Source of the DNA: an uncultured Nitrososphaerota archaeon | GTDB lineage: Archaea; Thermoproteota; Nitrososphaeria; Nitrososphaerales; Nitrosopumilaceae | Reading direction: 5' to 3' | Assembly: GCA_963701075.1 (NCBI GenBank) | Contig: OY969559.1 | Span: 288,001 to 352,000, forward strand | Length of the DNA stretch: 64,000 bases | Shown here: positions 1 through 8,729 of the stretch, one piece after another | How positions within the stretch are numbered: position 1 is the stretch's first letter | Layout: each line of letters opens with the position of its first letter | Notes under the pieces: generated by a model | Told to the model about the DNA's origin: nothing | Database searches by the model: none | The model's input: only the letters and a program-made list of their open reading frames with translations | Made by a program: the position numbers and the translations under genes

Positions 1-2341
1 ATTGCAAGTTTTGGCTGGTAAGCTGGTTCAGGAGACTTAACCCATTCAAGTGTTTTTGTTGAATATCAGTATTATTTGAAATTCCTATGCCATTGATGGT
101 CTGATTTTGGACAGCCGTGAAGCCTGTAGGCATCTGGTTCAAGTTAAAAAGGGTCTGCAACCTGTTGTTGTGTATCACATCAAGGTGGACGATATGGGCA
201 TCCGCAGGTATCTCCATAGCCAAGTCTTGTGTCTGGTTTGTCAGAGTGACGTTTTGAACCCACATCACCGGCTGGTTGATTAGGATTTTGTTGTGTCTTA
301 GGAAGAGTCCTCCCATCGTACCATTTCCTACGGCAAATACGGTCGAGTTTGCAGGAATAGTGGAATTGTTGAGAGTAGAATTCGGATAGTCAGAGGTTAG
401 TGGGTTCGTAGAATTTGTGTTTTGAATAGAGGTAGAGTTGGTAGACGTGAAGTTTGATATTCCTGTTGCAAGTGTGGGATAAAATGTAGAGATGTTTTGA
501 CCATATACTTCTGAAATTTGAGTAGGCGTCAGTAATGAGTCATAAAGATTGACGTTGCTCAAAAGACCCGAGAACTGGCTTTCTGCTTCATTTCTTATGT
601 TGTTGTAATATGCACCGATGACGACATCTGCATTAGACGAGATATCCGTATAGTTCTTTGTAGCAAGGTTGCCGTTAACAGCTATTGTTGGGATGCCCGT
701 TATTGGCATCGAGGACTGGAATGTGCCGTTTACGTATAGTGCAATCGATGATCCATTGAAGGTTGCAGCAAGATTGTTCCAGCTCTGTCCAATGGGCACG
801 GTTGAGCTTACTGTATCCCATTTTATTCCGTCAAAGACTGAGAACTGTGCTGTCTGATACGGTGGGATCTCGTTGTTAATTGATAGGGTAAATTCATTTT
901 CTTTGCTAATAACCGTGAAGACTGGAGCCCCCTGTGTATAGTCTGGTTTTACCCATGCAGATAGTGTGAGATCCTTAAGATCCTTTGTGGCAGAGCCGTT
1001 TGCCGTTAGAAATCCATTTCCTTGCAGTTGCAGTACTGTCTTGTTAGTCTGGTTTGTAAGGCCAATCTGGCCAACTGTCGTGGTATCGTTGTTCTGAGCT
1101 CCAAAATTCCAAGACTGGATTGAACTTGGAAGTGTTGGCAATTGTATGGAGTTGGAATGGTTGTTAAACTGTAATTGTGTGGAGTTGGAATAGTTGTTAA
1201 ACTGTAATTGTGTGGAGTTGGAATAGTTGTTAAACTGTAAATGTGTGGAGTTGGAATGGTTGTTAAACTGTAATTGTTTGTAGTTGGAATAGTTGTTAAA
1301 CTGTAATTGTTTGAAGTTGGAATAGTTGTTAAACTGTAATTGTGTGGAGTTGGAATAGTTGTTAAACTGTAATTGTTTGAAGTTGGAATAGTTGTTAAAC
1401 TGTAAATCACTACCACTGTTATTGCCAGATGGTTGGATATCTGTGCCGGACCCATTATTTTGTGAATAGGCGTATACCAAAAAGCTTGGAGATATAGAGA
1501 CCGGTTCAATAACAGCAGATGAGATTAAAATTGCAATAAAACAAAAAGAGAGAGCTTGTCTCGAATTAGAAACTCTTAATCTTGCACCCTCAGCTCGAAC
1601 GAGGATGTATCCCGAAAGGGGAACTAGCAACAAAAATATTGTTGGGTTTTTTCCATTTACAGAATCGTGCGCTGTAGCTGATACAAAATTTTTCACAATA
1701 ACCAGGTCATCAGAAAGTCTGTAGACCAGCCCTTGTACAGAAGAGCCATGTGTAGACTCTGACAGGTAGTTTAACAGATTTTCATTTATTTTTCCAAAAT
1801 TGTTTACTACATTCTGATTCAATAATCTGGATGGGGATAATTCTAGATTTTTCAAAAATGTAATTGGTTCCATGTTTATATTTTTAGACGGTATACCGTT
1901 ATTGATAACAATTGATCTTCCATTAAATCTAATTCTGTCAGAATTTGATATTCTTTCCATTGTTGTTACAGTATCAGAGTTTTGTTTCAAAACAAGAAAT
2001 GCATTCTGTCCAGGGATATTGTCATAGATTGAAAGATTTTCGAACAGATTAATTTGAGTGTTAATTGATGATCGGGTGTTAGCAGAATTTGAAATTTCAT
2101 TTTGTGGTTGGTTGTTGTTTGAATTATCATTGGTGCTGGTTCCCATACTTTCTGAAAGGTCTACCTCGATTTTTTTAGCTTGATGATTTGATACACTGGT
2201 AGTAATTATTTTTTGATCTGGTGTCATTGTCTCAGTTTTTTGAAGATCAGGTAACCCAAGCGTTCCAAACTCTGCATTTGCCATTCCAAGTGACGAAGCG
2301 ATTATCAATCCAATTAGTATCAATGAGGAAATTTTTATCAT
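1..2341 (-). CDS. Giant secreted/surface protein with LamG (concanavalin-like) domain; 3' end runs off the window
   Basis: Translated by hand; absent from the ORF track because it has no stop in the window. Open from ATG 2341 (MIKISSLILIGLIIASSLGMANAEF, signal peptide) to position 2. LamG signature DLTLSAWVKPDY...WNNLAATFNGSSIALYVNG...VVIGAY...FSGLLSNVNLYDSLLTPTQI. Internal pair of hydrophobic segments at about 1450-1645. Confidence 0.9.
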   Translation of the reverse strand, partial: MIKISSLILIGLIIASSLGMANAEFGTLGLPDLQKTETMTPDQKIITTSVSNHQAKKIEVDLSESMGTSTNDNSNNNQPQNEISNSANTRSSINTQINLFENLSIYDNIPGQNAFLVLKQNSDTVTTMERISNSDRIRFNGRSIVINNGIPSKNINMEPITFLKNLELSPSRLLNQNVVNNFGKINENLLNYLSESTHGSSVQGLVYRLSDDLVIVKNFVSATAHDSVNGKNPTIFLLLVPLSGYILVRAEGARLRVSNSRQALSFCFIAILISSAVIEPVSISPSFLVYAYSQNNGSGTDIQPSGNNSGSDLQFNNYSNFKQLQFNNYSNSTQLQFNNYSNFKQLQFNNYSNYKQLQFNNHSNSTHLQFNNYSNSTQLQFNNYSNSTQLQFNNHSNSIQLPTLPSSIQSWNFGAQNNDTTTVGQIGLTNQTNKTVLQLQGNGFLTANGSATKDLKDLTLSAWVKPDYTQGAPVFTVISKENEFTLSINNEIPPYQTAQFSVFDGIKWDTVSSTVPIGQSWNNLAATFNGSSIALYVNGTFQSSMPITGIPTIAVNGNLATKNYTDISSNADVVIGAYYNNIRNEAESQFSGLLSNVNLYDSLLTPTQISEVYGQNISTFYPTLATGISNFTSTNSTSIQNTNSTNPLTSDYPNSTLNNSTIPANSTVFAVGNGTMGGLFLRHNKILINQPVMWVQNVTLTNQTQDLAMEIPADAHIVHLDVIHNNRLQTLFNLNQMPTGFTAVQNQTINGIGISNNTDIQQKHLNGLSLLNQLTSQNLQ
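1140..1405 (-). repeat. 33-bp tandem repeat, about 8 units, in frame in the LamG protein
   Basis: Plus-strand unit GTTGGAATAGTTGTTAAACTGTAATTGTGTGGA with variants; encodes LQFNN(Y/H)SN(S/F/Y)(T/K)(Q/H). Confidence 0.95.
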
Positions 2342-2879
2342 CAAATTTTCATCTCCGTTGGTATCATTGGAAGATTAGTCAGTGGAATCTCAGAACCACA
2401 AAAGAAAATTTTAGAATCTATGATTAGAATTAGAGATTCTATTCTAGCGGTTGAGATTATCCCCTGTGTCATGATTAATAATTCTAGATTGGGATGACCA
2501 TTAAGCGGGCTGGAAATGGTGGTTCCAAAAGAGGTCCAGACTGGAAATTGAGGCTTTCCCGGCTGCCGTTTTGGAATACGCCCTTTTTGGCATAAAATTG
2601 CCCGTTTTTTGGTTTTGCCAAGAAATCGAAGAATTGCTGATTGTTGTTTCTAATTAATCTGAGGATTGATCACAATTTCAATCCAATTTAATACGGTTGG
2701 TAACAATTTCACTTAATAATAATTTTCAAGAGATGATCTTTCACTGCTTCTATTAATTCAACTTGTCAGGGTTGATTTTTTTTAATAAGAATCAGGCAGA
2801 TGTTTTATTGCAAGTAGTCTTGTAGAAACTATAGATTTTTGAAAGATTGTAGGTACTATTCTGTGGACAGATCTATAGC

Positions 2880-3128
2880 TTGCAAAGTGAATTCAGCATA
2901 CCGTGACGCATTTTGGTGCATGTGAATGTCTCGGGCCATATTGCAGAAAGTAAATAAGGCAAGAAAACTAAGCGAGGCAATATTTGAGTAAAGAGAAAGT
3001 TGCGCAAACACATCATGTTAAGGTGTATTATGATACAGAAAGTAGAAGCGCTATTTCGAGTTATTACATACAACTGCTACAGGATTACTAGGGATTATTT
3101 TGTAATTTATGGAAGGTTTCTACACCGT
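2880..3128 (+). pseudogene. Probable IS5-family transposase 3' remnant
   Basis: About 3030-3125 reads MIQKVEALFRVITYNCYRITRDYFVI and ends GGTTTCTACACCG, resembling the E-x-x-F-R-x-I-x-Y-N C-terminus and right end of archaeal IS5 transposases; the upstream part is broken and its boundary is approximate. Confidence 0.4.
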
Positions 3129-3358
3129 TGTACAAATCTTATTTGTTGAAAATATTTGCACCAAAAATGATTCCAATCTTACTATTGTAAAGTCTGCAAT
3201 TAATATTACATGATACAATTCAAAGCAAATTATGTTGTTGATTTGTCATTAGATTTAGAATTAGTGACACTGAAAAATTCCTTTTGACAGTCTTTATTTT
3301 GATTCGTACATAAATTAATGAGGCAAATCTTTTATGACTACAAAATCAGGCAAATAAC

Positions 3359-3477
3359 TTATTCGGAAGAGCTGATCTTGGACAGAACTTCTTTATACTT
3401 TTCATTAAATTCATCAAACCTAGAATCAGTGCATATAGACATCATTGAAACAAATCTAGGATCTGTACAGTCATCAT
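3359..3477 (-). pseudogene. Orphan C-terminal fragment of a paralogue of the 3691-4239 gene, inverted
   Basis: Reads DDCTDPRFVSMMSICTDSRFDEFNEKYKEVLSKISSSE*, versus NDCSDPRFYEMMSVCKNSNFEMLSQK in 3691-4239. Confidence 0.8.
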
Positions 3478-3690
3478 GTTCATTGTAAATGCAGAGGGTG
3501 TTAGCAATACCAACGATGATGGTGGTGCCGTGAAGTTGGTTGATGGAACAGGTACTGCTCCAACAAGATTGGCAAAAAGGCTAGTAAATGGCAGGTCCAA
3601 TTCTTGACAAGGCTATTATACTAAAAGGAAAATTTTGTATAACTGTACCGGCTCACAAACACGTTAATTTATTGGTACCCGAATGACTTT

Positions 3691-4239
3691 TTGTTGAACT
3701 CTAGGATAATTCTAGCATCTGCAGGAGGTGTGATTGCAATAGTTGTCTTGATAGTAATCATGACATCCATGATAAATCCTGCACCGCAAAATAACGACCA
3801 GCTTTATACTAAAGCAGGGGTTAGCCCTTCAACACAGAGTTTTCCCTTGCCCGTAAATTATACCTCGAACCAACTCTTAGATTATTGCTCACAAAATGAA
3901 ACACTAGTTTACAACGATGTATGTATACGTGGGTTGTGGGACGTTAGTGACGAATGCAAGAACGCTAACTTTTCATCTGCCAATTCTGTTTGCACAGACC
4001 CACGATTTGGGCAGTTTGAGGACAAGGTAACAAAAGAGATGCAGGATCTTGACAATTCATTAACAAGATTTGTAAATTCGTGCATGAACGCGACATCAAA
4101 TGACGATATTCAGAATTGCTCTGTCAATATCGAGAGAATAAAAAATGATTGTAGCGACCCAAGATTTTATGAAATGATGTCAGTGTGTAAAAATTCTAAC
4201 TTTGAAATGCTTTCACAAAAAAATTACAATGGCACATAG
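3691..4239 (+). CDS. Membrane-anchored Cys-rich extracellular protein
   Basis: N-terminal TM helix; paired cysteines with an internal repeat (ECKNANF...VCTDPRF / DCSDPRF...VCKNSNF). Confidence 0.8.
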   Translation: MLNSRIILASAGGVIAIVVLIVIMTSMINPAPQNNDQLYTKAGVSPSTQSFPLPVNYTSNQLLDYCSQNETLVYNDVCIRGLWDVSDECKNANFSSANSVCTDPRFGQFEDKVTKEMQDLDNSLTRFVNSCMNATSNDDIQNCSVNIERIKNDCSDPRFYEMMSVCKNSNFEMLSQKNYNGT

Positions 4240-4360
4240 GAAGTCAGATATTTGAGCAACAGTTCATTGAATACCTTATTGAATTTTACTTTTTTCAGTA
4301 AGTGATGATAATAAAATCATTTGCTCAGATCTTTTTCTTCTTTACAAAAGATGAATAAAT

Positions 4361-4535
4361 TTAATATTCCTGTAAAAACCACTGAAGGTTTCTTATAGTA
4401 CAAGTTCCAGCAGCATTCAATCTTGCAAGGGCAATATCAAAGAAATATTTTGTACCCACAGTAAAATGTTGGCCTGCAACTGTAATTGAGAATGTTTGGT
4501 TTACTGTATCCCAATTAGAGCCCCAATAGCCCAAG
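4361..4535 (-). pseudogene. Orphan alternative C-terminus of the tail-fibre-like gene
   Basis: FTVGTKYFFDIALARLNAAGTCTIRNLQWFLQEY* aligns with LTPGTTEYVDLAAARTTSGSTCVLYNTEWLLQEK*; begins right after that gene's stop, with no credible start of its own. Confidence 0.8.
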
Positions 4536-5861
4536 TTATTTCTCCTGCAATAACCACTCGGTATTATAAAGAACGCATGTACTGCCAGATGTAGTTCTTG
4601 CGGCGGCCAAATCAACATATTCCGTGGTTCCCGGAGTAAGTCCTGTTATCTCGCCAGTCCTTGCAAATGGAATTGGATCACCGGATGTCGGTATCTTGAC
4701 ACTGAGATCACTTCCTAATTCCGTTCCTGCCAATGTTGCACCGTTTATGCCCATATTTGAAGTCGAATATCTAATTTCAATAACACACCCACCTCCATTC
4801 GATCCAGTGTCGACATAGCCTGAAATTGTCACCTCTACATTTCCTGTAACCTCTGGAGTTAGAGTTGCATAATCTCCCATCATTACAACAGTTGCAGCCG
4901 TTGGTCCTGTTGCGTTTCCTAATGCTGCATGTCCTACAGTATAATTAATCTGCGGCCTTACTGCGAATGTTTCAGTCTCTTTGGTAAGAGGTAAGTTTAG
5001 GGTTTCGTTTGCAGCCACTGCGGCATTACTAATTTTAGTGGTAAACGTACTTGCTGGATTTCTTATTATTATTCCACCCGAACCAAACTTCATTGTATTA
5101 TTTCCAGTCCAAGTTTGTATCATGTTTAATGCACCAAGAGTATCAGATCCAGTGATCAATGGTAAGTTGAGAGTTTCATTTGCTGTAACTGCTCCCCCTG
5201 CAAGAGTTGTGGCATGTGTATTAGCTGCATTAGAAACGACCAGACCTGTATTTGCTGCTGTAAATGTATTTGTGTCATGACTAAATGTATTTGCACCAGT
5301 CCAAGTTTGAGTAAGACCTAGAGTTCCAAGAGTATCACCCGCCGCAATATTTGGAATTGCAAGAGCCTGAGTTGTTGTCTGGGCTGATGAAAGTGTAAGA
5401 GTTTTTCCTGCAGTCATTCCAGATAATGAGAACGTTAGTTGTTTACTGGTTGTTGTTGGGTCGGTTATCGTTGTACCTCCTGAAAATGTATTGGCGCCAG
5501 TCCAAGTTTGAGAAAGACCTAGCGCACCAACCGTTTGAGTACCCGATGATGCTTGGTATTTCAAAGTGTTTGCTGTTGTAGTACTTAGCCACAGATCTCC
5601 ACTAGCAAGTGAGGAGGGATCAGCCGAGGAAGCAAGATTAAGGCCTGCAGTAGTACCAGAGTTTTGAAATGTTTGTTTGTCTCCAGCTGTATACGTATTT
5701 ACAGTATCAGTAAAAACAGTCGTGCTAGGAAGGTCACTCTCCAGAAATTGCCCGACCGTTGATATTGCCTTTTTTGGAATACCTGCTGCATCAGCAGCAC
5801 TGACAGCAACTGCTGTGACTATTACCAATATTACAATTAAGGTATAATCCCTGTTTTCCAA
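4536..5861 (-). CDS. Secreted phage tail-fibre-like repeat protein (probable TTG start at 5861)
   Basis: Signal peptide (DYTLIVILVIVTAVAVSAADA); three (L/V)G(A/T)LxxxQTWTG(A/N)NT(F/M) repeats; ANETLNLPL repeats; PSSLASGDLW motif; C-terminal beta-rich tip domain. Confidence 0.8.
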   Translation of the reverse strand: MENRDYTLIVILVIVTAVAVSAADAAGIPKKAISTVGQFLESDLPSTTVFTDTVNTYTAGDKQTFQNSGTTAGLNLASSADPSSLASGDLWLSTTTANTLKYQASSGTQTVGALGLSQTWTGANTFSGGTTITDPTTTSKQLTFSLSGMTAGKTLTLSSAQTTTQALAIPNIAAGDTLGTLGLTQTWTGANTFSHDTNTFTAANTGLVVSNAANTHATTLAGGAVTANETLNLPLITGSDTLGALNMIQTWTGNNTMKFGSGGIIIRNPASTFTTKISNAAVAANETLNLPLTKETETFAVRPQINYTVGHAALGNATGPTAATVVMMGDYATLTPEVTGNVEVTISGYVDTGSNGGGCVIEIRYSTSNMGINGATLAGTELGSDLSVKIPTSGDPIPFARTGEITGLTPGTTEYVDLAAARTTSGSTCVLYNTEWLLQEK

Positions 5862-6113
5862 CAATATTATTTTGTATTTTAAGAGATAAGCTTTTGGGTA
5901 AAATGGATGAAAAATGAATTCCTTTTTGGCAATAAATTCAACGTGGTAGGCAGGTGAAGAGAAATGTCCTGACCCGAATAGTGAAAGCACAGGAAGCCTA
6001 CCCTTTTGGTGTAATTATTTTATATTCCCAAAAGCACACAAGGTCTACAAAAAAATTCCTAACAACTCCTAGAGTCTATAAGAAAAATAATGAACTCGTT
6101 TTTAATGACGAGT

Positions 6114-6755
6114 TTAGGTTGTGGTTATAGTCCAGGTAACTGTTAGCGAGTCGCCGCTATTTAGGCTGACAGCACTGGCAAATTTTTGGTGAGCCAGCAT
6201 GTCTCCTGCCCCCTCAGTTGTGGAATCAAACACTCCTGCCTCTGCAATGCCGGCTACGGATGTGGTTGAAGTGTATGTATTGGCTATTGTAACTGTGGTA
6301 GTACCTGAAGCTGCTGCCGAGTCTGTAGCAGTAGCTTTTGCTCTCGAATCTGAAGCACCCAGACCAAAGTCATTTGCATTTATCTCAGTTCCTAGTGCAG
6401 TATCAGTGGCTGCTGGAGCTCCAGTCCCGGTTCCAAGTGCAATTACATCAAAGACAGCGGTTCCATTCACACCACAGGAATGCGATGTGTGTCCACTAAA
6501 CAAATCTCCTGCAGTACAGTCCACCCCGGTATTTGTTATCAAGTTGTCAGTCTGTTGATAAGACTTGATGTTTCCATGAGAGTCTCTCTCTACCAGTGTT
6601 ATGTGCCCCAACATATTGGTCGTTGCAGGCAGGGTTTTATCTGTGGTATCTTGAGAAGGAGAGTAGCTCGTTGCAAATATGCCGTCAAGCCCCATTGAAC
6701 TTACCACGGCAACAATAGCTATTCCCATCAAGGCCACAGTTGTGCTTTGTTTCAT
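6114..6755 (-). CDS. Secreted protein resembling phage tail-collar/baseplate-attachment (DUF3751-like) domains
   Basis: Signal peptide; motifs NLITNTG, IALGTGTGAPAATDTALGTE, IAEAGVFD, GDMLAH, GDSLTVTWTIT. Confidence 0.75.
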   Translation of the reverse strand: MKQSTTVALMGIAIVAVVSSMGLDGIFATSYSPSQDTTDKTLPATTNMLGHITLVERDSHGNIKSYQQTDNLITNTGVDCTAGDLFSGHTSHSCGVNGTAVFDVIALGTGTGAPAATDTALGTEINANDFGLGASDSRAKATATDSAAASGTTTVTIANTYTSTTSVAGIAEAGVFDSTTEGAGDMLAHQKFASAVSLNSGDSLTVTWTITTT

Positions 6756-6833
6756 TGCACTATGTTTAATAGCATAATTAATAGAGCTTACGGCATTTGT
6801 CTGAATTTTCCAGTTCCAAAGTGGATCCTATTG

Positions 6834-7082
6834 TCAATGTTGGGTAGGTGTTGTGCCTAGCGTCTCATTTAGGCCTATTGTAAAGTGCTTATGGGTAGAG
6901 TTAGTGTTCGTGTTTTCTTGACTGCTGTTACCATTATTGCTATTGATGGTACCATTACTGCTGCTATAATCTATTTTATGACCTTGATATGACGCCAGTG
7001 CTATTCCAATGATAACAATAATGACTGCAACAATTGCTATTGCAAATTTTTTGTCCAAAGATATATCGTGAGATTTTATCAT
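6834..7082 (-). CDS. Small membrane-anchored protein with Asn-rich linker and C-terminal HFTIGLNETLG motif
   Basis: One TM helix, NxS/T-rich stalk, short terminal beta-like motif; start uncertain (7082 or 7058). Confidence 0.75.
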   Translation of the reverse strand: MIKSHDISLDKKFAIAIVAVIIVIIGIALASYQGHKIDYSSSNGTINSNNGNSSQENTNTNSTHKHFTIGLNETLGTTPTQH

Positions 7083-7153
7083 ATTTGCAATATAAACATG
7101 GTGCAAAATGTAATAGTCAATATTTTTATCAACTGTAAGGCTAGGACGATCAC

Positions 7154-7888
7154 ATGAAAAAATATTATTTTGCCGTGGCAGTTTTTTTTCTTATTTTGTT
7201 TCATATTCCAAATGTATTTGCAATAGAGCCCATAATGATAACAATTTCAAACGATATGAATAAGGTAATTTTTGATGGAAAGTGGTCATTTATGACAGAA
7301 TGGAAGCACTCAAGTCTTAATACACTGTCCTATGACGATGGAACCACAATTGAATTAAGGACGGCTTGGCAAGGTGATTTCATTTATGTCTTCATGGATG
7401 ATATCAGTACCAACAGATGGGCAAGCGGAGCAGACAGAGCAGTCGTTTGTTTTGACAAAAATAATGACAAAAACTTGACAGCTAATGCAGATGACTATTG
7501 TTTTGTAAACATACTTTCTGGCAAAGAGCCATTTACTCTGCAAGGGGGATCTGCCCTAGGTTTTACAAGCAATTTCAAGAAAATTCCAAATCCAGAAGGG
7601 TTTGTTGCAGTAGCTGGCATCTCTGATCAAAATGATCGTTACACCCCGGTTCCACATCCTGGATATGAGTTTAGAATTCCAACGGATCTGGTTGGAAGAT
7701 CTGCGGACTATGGATTCTATGTTGAAGTTTATCATTCCTTATCAAATAAGGTCTATTCGTGGCCCCAAGACATAGATCTGACAACGCCACTTGAAATTCC
7801 AAGTCCAAGCCAGTGGGGTGATTTAGTATCCCCGGATAATTCTCTTCCAGAGTTTCAATGGCCTATGATACCATTGCTTTTAGTATAG
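7154..7888 (+). CDS. Secreted DOMON/CBM-like beta-sandwich protein with PEF-CTERM-like sorting signal (tail frameshifted)
   Basis: Signal peptide; FDGKW...EW motif; ends LPEFQWPMIPLLLV*; another frame continues IAYVIWFTQRKQISLN* to about 7935. Confidence 0.7.
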   Translation: MKKYYFAVAVFFLILFHIPNVFAIEPIMITISNDMNKVIFDGKWSFMTEWKHSSLNTLSYDDGTTIELRTAWQGDFIYVFMDDISTNRWASGADRAVVCFDKNNDKNLTANADDYCFVNILSGKEPFTLQGGSALGFTSNFKKIPNPEGFVAVAGISDQNDRYTPVPHPGYEFRIPTDLVGRSADYGFYVEVYHSLSNKVYSWPQDIDLTTPLEIPSPSQWGDLVSPDNSLPEFQWPMIPLLLV

Positions 7889-7954
7889 CATATGTAATCT
7901 GGTTTACTCAAAGAAAACAAATCTCTTTAAACTAATTATCAAGAAAATCTCTCA

Positions 7955-8632
7955 ATGAGAGGTATTAAAGAAGATATTCGTATTCTAAATCAGAAGATAG
8001 TCAGATGTAAAAAATGTCCAAGGCTTGTCTCATACATACATGACATATCCGAAAAAAAGGTAAAGAGGTTTGAGGATGAGAAATACTGGGGTAGACCATT
8101 GACAGGCTTTGGAGATTTTCATGCACGATTATTTATCATAGGTCTTGCTCCCGCTGCACATGGTGGAAACAGGACAGGAAGGATGTTTACGGGAGACAGT
8201 TCTGGTGATTGGGTTGCCAAGACCCTTTATGAGAATGGTTTTGCTTCTCAGCCAACAAGTATTAGGGCTAATGATGGGCTCAGACTAGTTGATGCCTATA
8301 TCACGGCATCAGTCAGATGCGCCCCGCCAAAAAACAAACCAACAAGAGAAGAGTTTGAAAATTGCTTTCCCTATTTGATAGAAGAGTTTTCTTTGCTAAA
8401 AGAAGTCAAAGTAATAGTATGTCTTGGCAGAATAGCCTTTGATACATGTTGCAAGATGTTGCACATAAAGGGCGTTGATTTTGCTCATGGTAAATCATTT
8501 ACACACCAACATTTGACAATAATATGTTCATACCATCCAAGCAGACAAAATACCCAGACAGGCCGGCTAACATGGAAGCAGTGGTCAATGATATTTGCAA
8601 AGGCTAGAAAATTTCTTTATGACATCAAATGA
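7955..8632 (+). CDS. udg: Uracil-DNA glycosylase, family 5
   Basis: CxxCPRL Fe-S motif; GLAPAAHGGNRTGRMFTGD; YHPSRQN. Confidence 0.93.
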   Translation: MRGIKEDIRILNQKIVRCKKCPRLVSYIHDISEKKVKRFEDEKYWGRPLTGFGDFHARLFIIGLAPAAHGGNRTGRMFTGDSSGDWVAKTLYENGFASQPTSIRANDGLRLVDAYITASVRCAPPKNKPTREEFENCFPYLIEEFSLLKEVKVIVCLGRIAFDTCCKMLHIKGVDFAHGKSFTHQHLTIICSYHPSRQNTQTGRLTWKQWSMIFAKARKFLYDIK

Positions 8633-8729
8633 GATCTATGATGGTACTACATCAAGATAACAAAAAAATCAGAATTTCTTTATAATATAAAAAGAAGACG
8701 TTCTCGCCCATCTCCCCATCCGAGCTTCC

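Noticed and set aside
1140-1405. CRISPR array
   Set aside because: Units are contiguous 33-mers without unique spacers, in frame within a CDS; no cas genes.
1006-1509. 167-aa ORF with YSLTTIPT repeats
   Set aside because: Alternative frame of the repeat; the frame continuous with the signal peptide and LamG domain is the real one.
2460-2640. GC-richer stretch with repeated CTGGAAAT upstream of the LamG gene
   Set aside because: No convincing fold or ORF.
4361-4680. DGR template/variable repeat pair
   Set aside because: The two copies differ at many non-adenine positions and no reverse transcriptase is in the window.
5862-5990. N-terminal extension of the 484-aa ORF
   Set aside because: The signal peptide begins at about 5861; the upstream part is not protein-like. 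A weak GTAGGC/GCCTAC stem at about 5946-6001 is too thin to call an RNA.
4361-6755. Provirus
   Set aside because: Tail-like proteins carry signal peptides; no capsid, portal, terminase, integrase or att sites seen.
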